A DNA stretch of 64,000 nucleotides, from NCBI GenBank assembly GCA_026395595.1, contig JAPLYL010000008.1, positions 56,417 to 120,416 of the forward strand, read 5' to 3'. Source of the stretch: Candidatus Parcubacteria bacterium (lineage in GTDB: Bacteria > Patescibacteriota > Minisyncoccia > Phycocordibacterales > CAIJYI01). Within the stretch, counting starts at the first letter, position 1. Each line of letters begins with the position of its first letter. Below, piece after piece: positions 18,858-27,925 of this stretch. Made by a program: the position numbers and the translations under genes. The notes beneath the pieces were generated by a model that worked only from the letters and a program-made list of their open reading frames with translations, was not told the origin of the DNA and searched no databases.

Positions 18858-21059
18858 ATGATTAATAAAATTCTAAAAATCGAAGGACTAGGAAAGTTTA
18901 AGAAGTTTTCCAATACAGGAAACGACGATTTGAAATTCTTGAAATACACTGTTATTTTCGGTTACAACACATACGGAAAAAGTACTCTGACAACCATTTT
19001 TAGATCTCTTAAAGATTCCGATCAAAAACGCCTGAATGGAAAGAAAAGTTTTGGATTCATTGGAAATCTTGCCATCGATATATTGGATGAGACTGGTCAA
19101 CACCTAACACTTGCAAACGGCAAATGGAGCAATCCTAATATAGCTATTTTTGATAATTATTTCACCCATAGCTCTGTTTTTGTTGGAGATGAAATAGGTC
19201 ACAAACACAAGTCATCTTTGTATGGAGTTTTTGTCGGGGAGGATATCAGACAACAAATTTCTAAGTTAAAAGAACTGCGGGGTGAGCAAGATGCCTTAGA
19301 AAAAGAGCGTGACAAAATTAAGTCTGAATACACAAAAGGGTATCTTGGAACTTTCGATGCCTTTCTTGGAAAGGAAGCGGTTGATGGAGTTGAAGAGAAA
19401 AAAGAAACTAAAAAGAAAGAAATTCAAAGGATAAAGAACTCCGTTTCGCTTAAACAACTTATTGCGAGCTCTCCATTTGCAAGTAAGTTCGAGAAATTTT
19501 CGGCATCAATGCAAAAAACACTTGATACCTCAGCTGAAACGAATATCGAAAATCATGTAAAATCTCATTGGAAAGATGTTACAGCCTCCAAAAATTTTCT
19601 GGCCGCAGGCGTTGATTTATTGAAAGACGGTACGAACACTTGTGTTTTCTGTGGGCAGGGCCTCACGCCCGTGGTAAATCTTATCAAAGACTTCAAAAAT
19701 GTTTTTGGGGCTACCTACAAAGAAACACAGCAGGAAATAGAAAAAATTGGCGAGGCGTTCTTGCGATTTGATGTAGAAGCTGAAATGGCAAAATTCACTC
19801 CGCTCGGGGTTATCTGCGAAGAAATATACAACAAGGATGTTTTGTTAAAAAATAAAAATATCCTCGACGAAGATGTTCGCAAAAAACTTAAGAATTTAAA
19901 TTACGCAATTGATGTTACTTCAGCTATAAGCCCCTTCAAATCTTTTGTTGCGGAAATAGTAAAATTACATCCAACTTTTGAGATGCTTAAGACTCAGGAG
20001 TTTTCTACTATAAAACAAACCGCATTGGAAAACGAACTGAAACAATTAGAACTCGCACAATATCGCCACGGGGAGGAAGGTGTCGCTCTTGCTCAAAAAT
20101 TTACCAAGGCCATTATAGCCGTTGAAACCAAAAAAACAGAAATCGATACTCTACGAAAAAAGATTGACGAAGCAACCAAAGATACTATTGGAAAAAACCA
20201 GAAGCAAGTTAATACAATACTTACGGATGTATTAAAGGCGGATTTCACAATCCAAAAAATGAGCGGTCAATCAAATTTAACCAGAGCTAATGCTCACTCT
20301 ATAGATTATGAATTCGTTATAAACGAAAATATCGTTCCCATATCCAATAAACACTTACAGACTGATGAGGAGCCATTAGACAAACCATATTTCGGAAATA
20401 CACTTAGCGATAGTGATAGAAGATTGCTCGCACTCGCGTTCTTCATTGCCAGCTTGCAAACGGATAGTAATCTGAAAGACAAGATAATTGTTTTAGATGA
20501 TCCATTTTCTAGCTTTGATTCAAATAGAAAAGATTATTTGGCGAGAATGATTATTGATATCCAGAACGAGAAAAAGGAACGACCGGGACAAATAATCGTT
20601 ATGACACACGACGATGGGTTTCTTGGTCGACTCCAATCAAAATTACCGTCATCTGACACGAAAGTACTTAAGATTAAAAACTCCGTTGCCGATGGCTCAG
20701 TTTTAGACAAATGTGATGTTGATGAAATTATCGAGGAAGAATATTTCAAAAACATAAAGCACATCAAAGAGGCAGCAGATAAAACAAGGGATGTAGATAG
20801 TGCCCTGAAACGGGTTCGTCCATGTCTTGAGCGAGTTTTACGACATAAGTACTATTTTTGTCTTGATAAAGAAACACTTGAGAGCGGAAGCATAACCTCT
20901 TATCTTGAAAAAATTGATAAAAAGTGCGTGATAAAAGATGAAATACTGAAAAGTGGTTGGCACGAACACATGCACGATGAACACGAGATTATGAAATTAT
21001 TGGAGCCGGAAAAAGTTCAAAAATTGAAGGATTTTCTTGTTCTCCTTGAAAAAATATAG
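18858..21059 (+). CDS. Rad50/SMC-like ABC ATPase with coiled-coil insert carrying a CxxC zinc-hook motif; PrrC/RloC-like or Septu PtuA-like candidate
   Basis: Walker A GYNTYGKST near the N-terminus. About 450-aa coiled-coil region containing CVFCGQGLT (compare Rad50 hook CPVCGR). Walker B IIVLDDPFSSFD, H-loop VMTHD, and an about 170-aa C-terminal tail (RPCLERVLRH...WHEHMHDEH). Confidence 0.65.
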   Translation: MINKILKIEGLGKFKKFSNTGNDDLKFLKYTVIFGYNTYGKSTLTTIFRSLKDSDQKRLNGKKSFGFIGNLAIDILDETGQHLTLANGKWSNPNIAIFDNYFTHSSVFVGDEIGHKHKSSLYGVFVGEDIRQQISKLKELRGEQDALEKERDKIKSEYTKGYLGTFDAFLGKEAVDGVEEKKETKKKEIQRIKNSVSLKQLIASSPFASKFEKFSASMQKTLDTSAETNIENHVKSHWKDVTASKNFLAAGVDLLKDGTNTCVFCGQGLTPVVNLIKDFKNVFGATYKETQQEIEKIGEAFLRFDVEAEMAKFTPLGVICEEIYNKDVLLKNKNILDEDVRKKLKNLNYAIDVTSAISPFKSFVAEIVKLHPTFEMLKTQEFSTIKQTALENELKQLELAQYRHGEEGVALAQKFTKAIIAVETKKTEIDTLRKKIDEATKDTIGKNQKQVNTILTDVLKADFTIQKMSGQSNLTRANAHSIDYEFVINENIVPISNKHLQTDEEPLDKPYFGNTLSDSDRRLLALAFFIASLQTDSNLKDKIIVLDDPFSSFDSNRKDYLARMIIDIQNEKKERPGQIIVMTHDDGFLGRLQSKLPSSDTKVLKIKNSVADGSVLDKCDVDEIIEEEYFKNIKHIKEAADKTRDVDSALKRVRPCLERVLRHKYYFCLDKETLESGSITSYLEKIDKKCVIKDEILKSGWHEHMHDEHEIMKLLEPEKVQKLKDFLVLLEKI

Positions 21060-21127
21060 GGCTGTAAGTGGTAATAGGTGAATCAAACAAAAAGGAACTC
21101 ATTAAGTTACTTTGTCTTCGTTGAAAC

Positions 21128-21140
21128 GGGGGGGGGGGGG
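21128..21140. repeat. Homopolymeric G13 tract in convergent intergenic region
   Basis: 13 consecutive G in an AT-rich genome. Possible slipped-strand site or assembly artefact. Confidence 0.6.
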
Positions 21141-21175
21141 CGAATATCGTGGAAAATTATGCATTGAAAATTGTC

Positions 21176-24040
21176 TTAGGGACACGCCAAACATGCTTTT
21201 GCAAGATCTTCAAGCTCTTTGAAGATTGTTTCCGCTTCTACTCGCTCAGGAGTTACCCCTTCAGGTAAGGAGTTTATAAATATTGGAGAATCCAACAACT
21301 GATCCTCAAGCATTACTGCAATTCCAACATCGGTTCTTTTCCTAATAAGTCTTCCGAAGCCCTGCTTAAAAAGCATTACGGCGAGTGGCTGATAGTAGTT
21401 TTTGAAACCATCTAACCTCTTGTTGTCCAATTCCTTACAACGAGCCTGTATAATGGGAAGGTTTGGGTTTCTATAGGGCGTTTTGTAGATAAAAAGAGAT
21501 CTTAGAGAATTACCTGGGACATCAACCCCCTGCCATAAAGTTTCTGTACCGATCAACACTGAATTTGTGTCACTGGAAAAATCTCTGATTACAGAAGTAC
21601 AAGATTGCCCCCTCGATTGTTTCAGTAGCCAAAGATTCTTTTTTGATAATGGACGAACCAGTTTTTCATAAATCTTGTTTACCTGGTCAAAACTCGTACA
21701 GAGAATAAGTGCCCCTCCGTTACTTGCGATAATCGCTTTTTCTAAAAAATCAACACTTTCGTTAAAATGACGGTCGCCCTTCATTGTCTTGAACGAAATG
21801 CCTTTCGGAAGGAAAAATTTGGCTTGTTTATCGTAATCAAATGAAGAGGAAAAGATGTACCCTTTTACGTTTCCTTTTTCTATAAGTCCCAACCCGCAGC
21901 GACTCGAAAAAAAGTTAAATTTTTTATCAATTGTTAGTGTCGCGGATGTCAGTACCACAGAGGAATAATTTTGATAGACTTTTTCGTTCAATTCTTTAGC
22001 GACAGACAGTAAAGATCCTTTTATCTCAACGCCCGAGTTGGTTCTTTCTAAGTATTTAATATATGCGGGGCTGGTGTTTATAAAAACAATGACTGTATCA
22101 ATTATTTGTTTTACCGTACGTATACGGATAGTTAATATTTTTTGTTGTTGCTCGTTCTTTGTTTCTTTTGCAAAAACTTCCATTATACTTTGGATACTTG
22201 CGAGACGGTCTCGAATCTGAATCAAAATACCCTGAAGAGCAGTTAATCCATCCTTGTTCATTTCTGAAAAAAGACTGTACTGAGAGTAACCTTTGTCGTT
22301 CGGTTTTGAAACAAGTTTTGGCGTAATCTCGTCAAACAAAGAGGTAATATCAAGATTAAGATTGGATTCTACCTCAAAAAAAGAATCCGACAAAGACGAC
22401 AACCTATTCTCATTTTTTTGTTTTGCGATATTTTCTATTATGTTAGCAACGCCTTTCCTTTTTCCTTTTCCAAACAAATGTTGCTCAAGTAAAATAAAAC
22501 GATCTTTAGAGAGAATTTGTTCCCATGCGGAAGTGGCATCTTCTTCAAGGTGATGAGCTTCGTCAAATACTATGTATTTTGCTTCTCCAGGAAATACGGT
22601 GTGTGAAAAACTAACGGCATGTTTTTGTGCGGAATTTTCTTCATCAACAAAATCGTTTTCTTTTTCTTCGGCTGGAACAATCCCAGACAACATAATCGCG
22701 TGATTCACAACCACAAGGTCTGCGTCTCTTGCGCGAAGTTTTGCTTTTGCGAGAAAACACTTTCCCTCACCAAACAAATCGCAAACTCCTTGTGTGCAAA
22801 GCTCGTCAGTATTGCATACATCGTGTTCGATCTTCTTTGGCATTCGTTCTGTAAGCCAATAAGGTAGTTCTCCCCAGTCTCCACGTGTAGTCTCTAAAAC
22901 CCAAGAAGAAAGAAGAATTCCTGATAGCGGGCGAGTAAACCTAATTCCATCTCTTTTGAATTCATATAAAGAACGCTGTGTACCTTCTGCTATTATTTCC
23001 TCTATGAATTCACTAAATTTTGATAAACAAACATAATTCTTTTTTCCCTTCAAGACGGCAACGTGTAATTCTTTTCCCATTAGTTCACATAGGTGGGGAA
23101 TTTCTTTAAATGCGAGCTGGTCTTGCAGAGCTTTTGTATGGGTTGAAATTATAACTGGTATATTATTTTCAAGCGCAAAAAGGACGGAAGGGGCTAAATA
23201 TGCTTTTGATTTTCCCGTTCCTGTACCGGCTTCAATAACCGCGTGTTTTTTATTATTAAAGGAGAATGCAATTGCCGCAGCCATTTTCTTTTGTTCTGGA
23301 CGAGCCTCCGAATAGTTGCCGGATTTATCAATCGCTGGATCAAAATATTTTTCTACATCCTCTATTTTTATTTCCTTGTTGGCCTTAAACCCAAGAGTGT
23401 TTTGCCCCACGGGTTTTCTATATGACTGAAACGGTTCGACTAAATGTGAAATATCTATGATATCCTCTGACCTAGCAGGTAGAAAATCTTTCCACCACCA
23501 ATTTACTCGTTCAGACAAGTAACGAAGCGCTGATCTGTGCTTTAACGGTTTTCTTACATATAGTGCTTGTAGGTTTTTTATAATCTCAAATTCACTTTCG
23601 CAATCCTGAAGAGCGCGATGCCTGACCGATTCTAATTTGAAATATTCTGAAAGTGCTGTAGTCGAATGCCCAAATGGATTTGTCGGCAAGATAAAAAATG
23701 CGAATTCAAGAGAATCTTGCTTGTCATCGAATTTAAGACCCTCTCGTTCCAGTATCGGAAAATCGAAAGAAAATCCATTATGAGAAACTACGGTATATCC
23801 TTTAATAAATTCTCTTGTTTGTTTAATTACTTCTTCAATTGTTGGTGCGTTGCAAACATCTTTTTCTGTAATTCCAGTAATTCGTTTTATTGTTTCTGGG
23901 ATTTCATCAGAATAACGCACAAAAGTAGACCATCTTTTTAAAACAGTATTTCCTGAAACCAAAATAGCACCGACTTCAAGGACAGAGGAAAATTCACGAT
24001 CTAAACCCGTTGTTTCAATATCCAGTATGACGTATTTCAT
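21176..24040 (-). CDS. dinG: DinG-family (Rad3-like) helicase with N-terminal DEDD 3'-5' exonuclease domain
   Basis: N-terminal ILDIETTGLD exonuclease motif I. Helicase motif I AGTGTGKS and motif II FDEAHH. Length is 954 aa. Confidence 0.8.
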   Translation of the reverse strand: MKYVILDIETTGLDREFSSVLEVGAILVSGNTVLKRWSTFVRYSDEIPETIKRITGITEKDVCNAPTIEEVIKQTREFIKGYTVVSHNGFSFDFPILEREGLKFDDKQDSLEFAFFILPTNPFGHSTTALSEYFKLESVRHRALQDCESEFEIIKNLQALYVRKPLKHRSALRYLSERVNWWWKDFLPARSEDIIDISHLVEPFQSYRKPVGQNTLGFKANKEIKIEDVEKYFDPAIDKSGNYSEARPEQKKMAAAIAFSFNNKKHAVIEAGTGTGKSKAYLAPSVLFALENNIPVIISTHTKALQDQLAFKEIPHLCELMGKELHVAVLKGKKNYVCLSKFSEFIEEIIAEGTQRSLYEFKRDGIRFTRPLSGILLSSWVLETTRGDWGELPYWLTERMPKKIEHDVCNTDELCTQGVCDLFGEGKCFLAKAKLRARDADLVVVNHAIMLSGIVPAEEKENDFVDEENSAQKHAVSFSHTVFPGEAKYIVFDEAHHLEEDATSAWEQILSKDRFILLEQHLFGKGKRKGVANIIENIAKQKNENRLSSLSDSFFEVESNLNLDITSLFDEITPKLVSKPNDKGYSQYSLFSEMNKDGLTALQGILIQIRDRLASIQSIMEVFAKETKNEQQQKILTIRIRTVKQIIDTVIVFINTSPAYIKYLERTNSGVEIKGSLLSVAKELNEKVYQNYSSVVLTSATLTIDKKFNFFSSRCGLGLIEKGNVKGYIFSSSFDYDKQAKFFLPKGISFKTMKGDRHFNESVDFLEKAIIASNGGALILCTSFDQVNKIYEKLVRPLSKKNLWLLKQSRGQSCTSVIRDFSSDTNSVLIGTETLWQGVDVPGNSLRSLFIYKTPYRNPNLPIIQARCKELDNKRLDGFKNYYQPLAVMLFKQGFGRLIRKRTDVGIAVMLEDQLLDSPIFINSLPEGVTPERVEAETIFKELEDLAKACLACP

Positions 24041-24194
24041 GATAGGTGATTCAAAAGTATCACACTATAAGCAATGCGTCAAAAAAGTTTTCTATTTAGA
24101 TCCGACAAAACTTGTTGATAACCACCCCTTCGCAACCGCTTCTTTTTAAGCTAAGGTACATGGACTAATAGTACTTTTTGCGCTATTATGTTCA

Positions 24195-24426
24195 TTGACA
24201 ACTGAATATTCTGGTCGGAAGACCAGGTACCTAACCCCGAAAGATTTTCTTTCGGATATGGTACGGAATCCCATGGAAGACACTGAACCCTGCGTTCAGC
24301 GACTCTTCCATGGGTCATATCGGGAAACTGGTATGGGACCGAAAGGTCTAGCTGGCGCAGGGTTCAGTGTACCCACTGTTTCTCTCGCCAGCTACTTAAT
24401 AGCTGGTTTTTATTCTCTCTAATAAT
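24195..24426 (+). promoter_or_regulatory. GC-rich highly structured leader ending in terminator hairpin directly upstream of ORF 24427 (riboswitch/attenuator or sRNA candidate, class unknown)
   Basis: Nested palindromes ccatggaaga...tcttccatgg and ctgaaccctgcg...cgcagggttcag. Terminal ccagcta-cttaat-agctgg plus TTTTT sits 10 nt before the ATG. The 75-aa ORF here is not credible. Confidence 0.4.
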
Positions 24427-25173
24427 ATGCCCTTCAAAGAGTACATAAGTAATCACCCCGATCTTGTTCGGGAACGAATTCATAATTTTTTAGGATACGG
24501 AAATCTCTTAGGCGACATTTGGTTCGTCGGAATGGAAGAAGGAGGCAATGAGACGCCAGAAATTCTGCTGTCTCGTTTTCTCGCCACCTCGCAAGGGAAA
24601 ATGTTCGACATTTATGATGATATGCGCGAACATCCGGATCATATGCGTTGGTTCAAAGAAAATGCACCAACGCAGGCGACATATCGAAAACTTATTTATC
24701 TTTTACTGTTCCTCCGTTTGGGAAAAGAGCCTTCCCTCGGAGACATTCGCGAGTATCAAATAAAGAGCTTCGGAAGAAAATCGTCCGATCACGCGGTTTT
24801 GGAACTCATGCCGTTACCGTCAAAAACAATAGACAAAAAAGACTGGAGATATGGTGATCTCGGTATCGAAGAACTTTCTTCTCGGAAAAAGTATCTTACC
24901 GAATTCAAATCCGACCGTGTGGAACTTTTCCGATCGCTCGTTGAAGATCACAAGCCGAAGCTTGTAATCTTTTATTCTCTTGGATATATCAAAGACTGGC
25001 AGAAAATTGCTGAAACGCCTTTTACGGAAATAATTCCGAAAAAACTATTAATCGCGCAAAGAGACGGAACCACCTTCGTTGTGGTTCCGCACTCTGTCGC
25101 GAGAGGACACTCAGATGAATCATGGAGATCTATCGTCGAAGGCATTATATCTGCTCATCCGTTTTCTTCATAG
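24427..25173 (+). CDS. Hypothetical protein (248 aa), no recognisable domain
   Basis: Clean ORF preceded by the structured leader. No motifs recognised. Confidence 0.5.
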   Translation: MPFKEYISNHPDLVRERIHNFLGYGNLLGDIWFVGMEEGGNETPEILLSRFLATSQGKMFDIYDDMREHPDHMRWFKENAPTQATYRKLIYLLLFLRLGKEPSLGDIREYQIKSFGRKSSDHAVLELMPLPSKTIDKKDWRYGDLGIEELSSRKKYLTEFKSDRVELFRSLVEDHKPKLVIFYSLGYIKDWQKIAETPFTEIIPKKLLIAQRDGTTFVVVPHSVARGHSDESWRSIVEGIISAHPFSS

Positions 25174-25540
25174 GTACCGTATAAATATTTAACTTGGTAA
25201 TCGGAGGAACGAACTCGCTATCGGGCGTTTTCTGATTCTTTGTTTGGTAGTCCGGATGGCATCTCTCGAGTTGGAATTTCACGGCTTGCATATTGTTCTG
25301 CTGGATATTTTGGATAAGATGCGTATGAGCAAGATCATTCACGAAGCTTTTTCCAAGGTTGATAGCATTATCCGCCTTAAGAGCAAATGGCCGTTCCTCT
25401 TTCCATGTGTAGAAAGTTTCTCGACTAATACCGGCTCGTTTGCAGGAATACCATATATTTCCCGAATCGCGGAGAAATTCAAGTACTTTTTCTTGCATTC
25501 TATGAGTCCTCTCTTTCACGTCTGATGATTTTTTCGCCAT
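25145..25540 (-). CDS. Phage terminase-small-subunit-like HTH protein
   Basis: SCKRAGISRETFYTWKEE resembles TerS/insertion-element HTH. It is adjacent to the ParB-MTase as in phage packaging modules. The true start may be the internal Met (MQEKV...) abutting the MTase stop. Confidence 0.5.
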   Translation of the reverse strand: MAKKSSDVKERTHRMQEKVLEFLRDSGNIWYSCKRAGISRETFYTWKEERPFALKADNAINLGKSFVNDLAHTHLIQNIQQNNMQAVKFQLERCHPDYQTKNQKTPDSEFVPPITKLNIYTVPMKKTDEQI

Positions 25541-26288
25541 GTCCGGTAAGTTTTTTCCAGCGTTCCACTATCGTCGCGCAATATTCAGGTTCGATTTCGA
25601 CCATAACGCAACGTCTCTTCGTCTGCTCGCACGCAATAAGCGTTGAGCCACTACCGCCGAAGGGATCGTATACGCAATCGTTCACACTGGTGCTGTTAAG
25701 AATGATTTTCCTCAAAATCCCGATCGGTTTCATCGTCGGATGAAGTTTGCTTCGGGACGGTTTCGGAGCGAAGATGACTGATTTGTCTTTTCCTCTTTCG
25801 AATTTATGCGTTCCTTTCCAACCGTAAAGGATGAGTTCGTGCTGGGGAAGGTAATCGAGCCGTCCGATGATTGCTCGGTCTTTTACCCAAATAATCAGCT
25901 GGGATACTTTCACGCCAAGGTCTACGAACGCTTGCCTGAGGGAGAAAATCATCTTGTCACAATTGAAGACGTAAATGCTATTCTTTTTTGAGAGGTGCGG
26001 AAGAATATTTTTCAGCCATCCTTTCGTGAAATCGGCATACTCCTCGTCGCTCATAAGCCCATCGTTTTCAATATCTTTGTCGACAGAAATTTCTTGCATT
26101 CCTCGCTTGCTCGCAACGTAATCAATCGCATACGGCGGATCTGTCAGAATCAAATCGATTGTACCTTTCAGAATCTCGCGGAGAGGAACCGTCTTTGCCT
26201 CTCCGCAAACGAGAATGTGATCGCCGAGAGTGATAATGTTGCCTTTCTTAATCGAGTTGCTTCGCTTTGTGTCCGGTGAATTTTTCAT
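25500..26288 (-). CDS. DNA methyltransferase (N6/N4 beta-class, DPPY motif)
   Basis: ILTDPPY motif IV precedes C-terminal FDPFGGSGSTLIACE motif I, which is the beta-class order. Length is 262 aa. Confidence 0.85.
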   Translation of the reverse strand: MKNSPDTKRSNSIKKGNIITLGDHILVCGEAKTVPLREILKGTIDLILTDPPYAIDYVASKRGMQEISVDKDIENDGLMSDEEYADFTKGWLKNILPHLSKKNSIYVFNCDKMIFSLRQAFVDLGVKVSQLIIWVKDRAIIGRLDYLPQHELILYGWKGTHKFERGKDKSVIFAPKPSRSKLHPTMKPIGILRKIILNSTSVNDCVYDPFGGSGSTLIACEQTKRRCVMVEIEPEYCATIVERWKKLTGHGEKIIRREREDS

Positions 26289-27522
26289 ATCGGTTGATGA
26301 TGAGCTGGCAAAAGATAGGGCTTTTTTCGACCAAGAATGCCCGGCGTTTCATTTGTTCGCAAGCGAGAAGTGTGGAACCGCTTCCTCCGAATAGATCAAG
26401 TACGTTATCGCCGATTTTTGTGCATCGGTTTAGAGGTCGCTCATGAAGAGAAAGCGGTTTCTGTGTCGGATGTTCGTACTCGTCACCCGAAATGCGTTTC
26501 GCGAGCCAGATGTCGATCATGTCGGTGATATCGTCGATTGTTGCGTTTCCGATTCCAATGTCTTTGTTAAGAATCTCCGCGAATTTCGTGTGCTTTGGCG
26601 AAAGATAGGGTTTTCCGGTCGTTCCGTAAACGCAGGGTTCATAAAGCTTAGAGAACGCTACCTGAGGTGTCACATTGATTCCGTTTTTAACCCAGAGTGC
26701 CGTGCGTTTGTATCCGATACCTAGTTCTTCGAAAAGCATTTGAAGCATGCCGACATATTTTTGATCGCAGTACCAGAAGTGGTGGGCGTTTTCCGCACTT
26801 ACGGAAAGGGCGCTTGTCATCGCTTTGCGGAGAAACTCGCGATATTCGACATCGGTCTTCTTGTCGTCGACATCTCCGCCGTAATTCGCCTTTCCGCCAA
26901 GACCTTTATTGTAGTCGAGCGAGATATTGTAAGGCGGATCGGAATAAGCCATATCAATTTTGTGATTTCCGACAAGACGTTTCGCGACCGCTTTGTCCGT
27001 ACTATCTCCGCAGATAAGGAAGTGATCGCCGAGAGAGAAGAGATTTCCTTCTTTGATGTCCGTTTTCTTCGCTTCTTCCATTTCCTTCTTCTCATCGAAA
27101 TCGTCATCTTCAATTTCGAGAACATCGTCCCAAATGTTCGAAAGGTCGGTATCGTCAAAGCCGATGTCGAGAAGAAATTCAGTATCGAACGCTTTCAGTA
27201 GGTCGTAATCCCACGAGCCGGTGTTCTTGTTGCTTCGGAGAAGGTACTCTTCACATTCCTTCGTCGTGAGCTTCCGATTCGGAACGCGGACGTCGATTTC
27301 TTCTTTTCCGCGACCGAGTGCTTGCATAATTCGGAGGCGGGCGTGTCCCGCCAAAATGCCGTTGTCTGTATTGATGGCCGGGATTTCGACCAAGTTATAT
27401 CTATTAATACTTGTTTCGAGGTCTTTCCGCTCTTTATCGGAAATCTTCCTCGGATTCTTGGCGTGCGGGATGAGATCATCGATCTTTCTCGTTTCCGTAC
27501 TCCAGACTAATGCTTTTTGCAT
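26248..27522 (-). CDS. ParB-like nuclease domain fused to DNA methyltransferase (phage-type orphan MTase)
   Basis: N-terminal ParB/Srx-like region (NPRKISDKE...EIPAIN...GHARL), then SDPPYNI and LDLFGGSGSTLLACE. Confidence 0.85.
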   Translation of the reverse strand: MQKALVWSTETRKIDDLIPHAKNPRKISDKERKDLETSINRYNLVEIPAINTDNGILAGHARLRIMQALGRGKEEIDVRVPNRKLTTKECEEYLLRSNKNTGSWDYDLLKAFDTEFLLDIGFDDTDLSNIWDDVLEIEDDDFDEKKEMEEAKKTDIKEGNLFSLGDHFLICGDSTDKAVAKRLVGNHKIDMAYSDPPYNISLDYNKGLGGKANYGGDVDDKKTDVEYREFLRKAMTSALSVSAENAHHFWYCDQKYVGMLQMLFEELGIGYKRTALWVKNGINVTPQVAFSKLYEPCVYGTTGKPYLSPKHTKFAEILNKDIGIGNATIDDITDMIDIWLAKRISGDEYEHPTQKPLSLHERPLNRCTKIGDNVLDLFGGSGSTLLACEQMKRRAFLVEKSPIFCQLIINRYEKFTGHKAKQLD

Positions 27523-27925
27523 ATTGGTTTATATGCTATCTAATACTTAGAGACTCGTGATCTTGTCGAAAGAATCGCAAATCTCGCAGCTTTTTCTTAA
27601 CGCTATCTTAATTATATCAGGCGCATATTTTTGCCTCGTATTTTTTCGCAAGATTATGTAAAAAAGTCATATTTTAAGGTGTATTATTCGTTTCAAAACT
27701 ATTAATTTTCGCGTTCAAAACGCATTAAAAACACCTCAAAAATTGAATTTCTTTTGATTTTTTTTAAGGCGAAAAACGGTGTTCAAACCACCCCGAAAAG
27801 GCGAAATACTTCCATATATCGCCATGTATTTCGGTAAACTGCTGAATACCGTAGAGTGTGTCAGATTTGTAAGGTAGCCGACTCGCGTGCTGGAAGATTA
27901 AAATCATGCTAATATTGCTTTACTT

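Noticed and set aside
24195-24422. 75-aa ORF in the structured leader
   Set aside because: The region is dominated by nested palindromes and a terminator. There is no RBS.
26740-27201. 153-aa plus-strand ORF and other ORFs antisense to the ParB-MTase
   Set aside because: Shadow ORFs of a high-confidence CDS.
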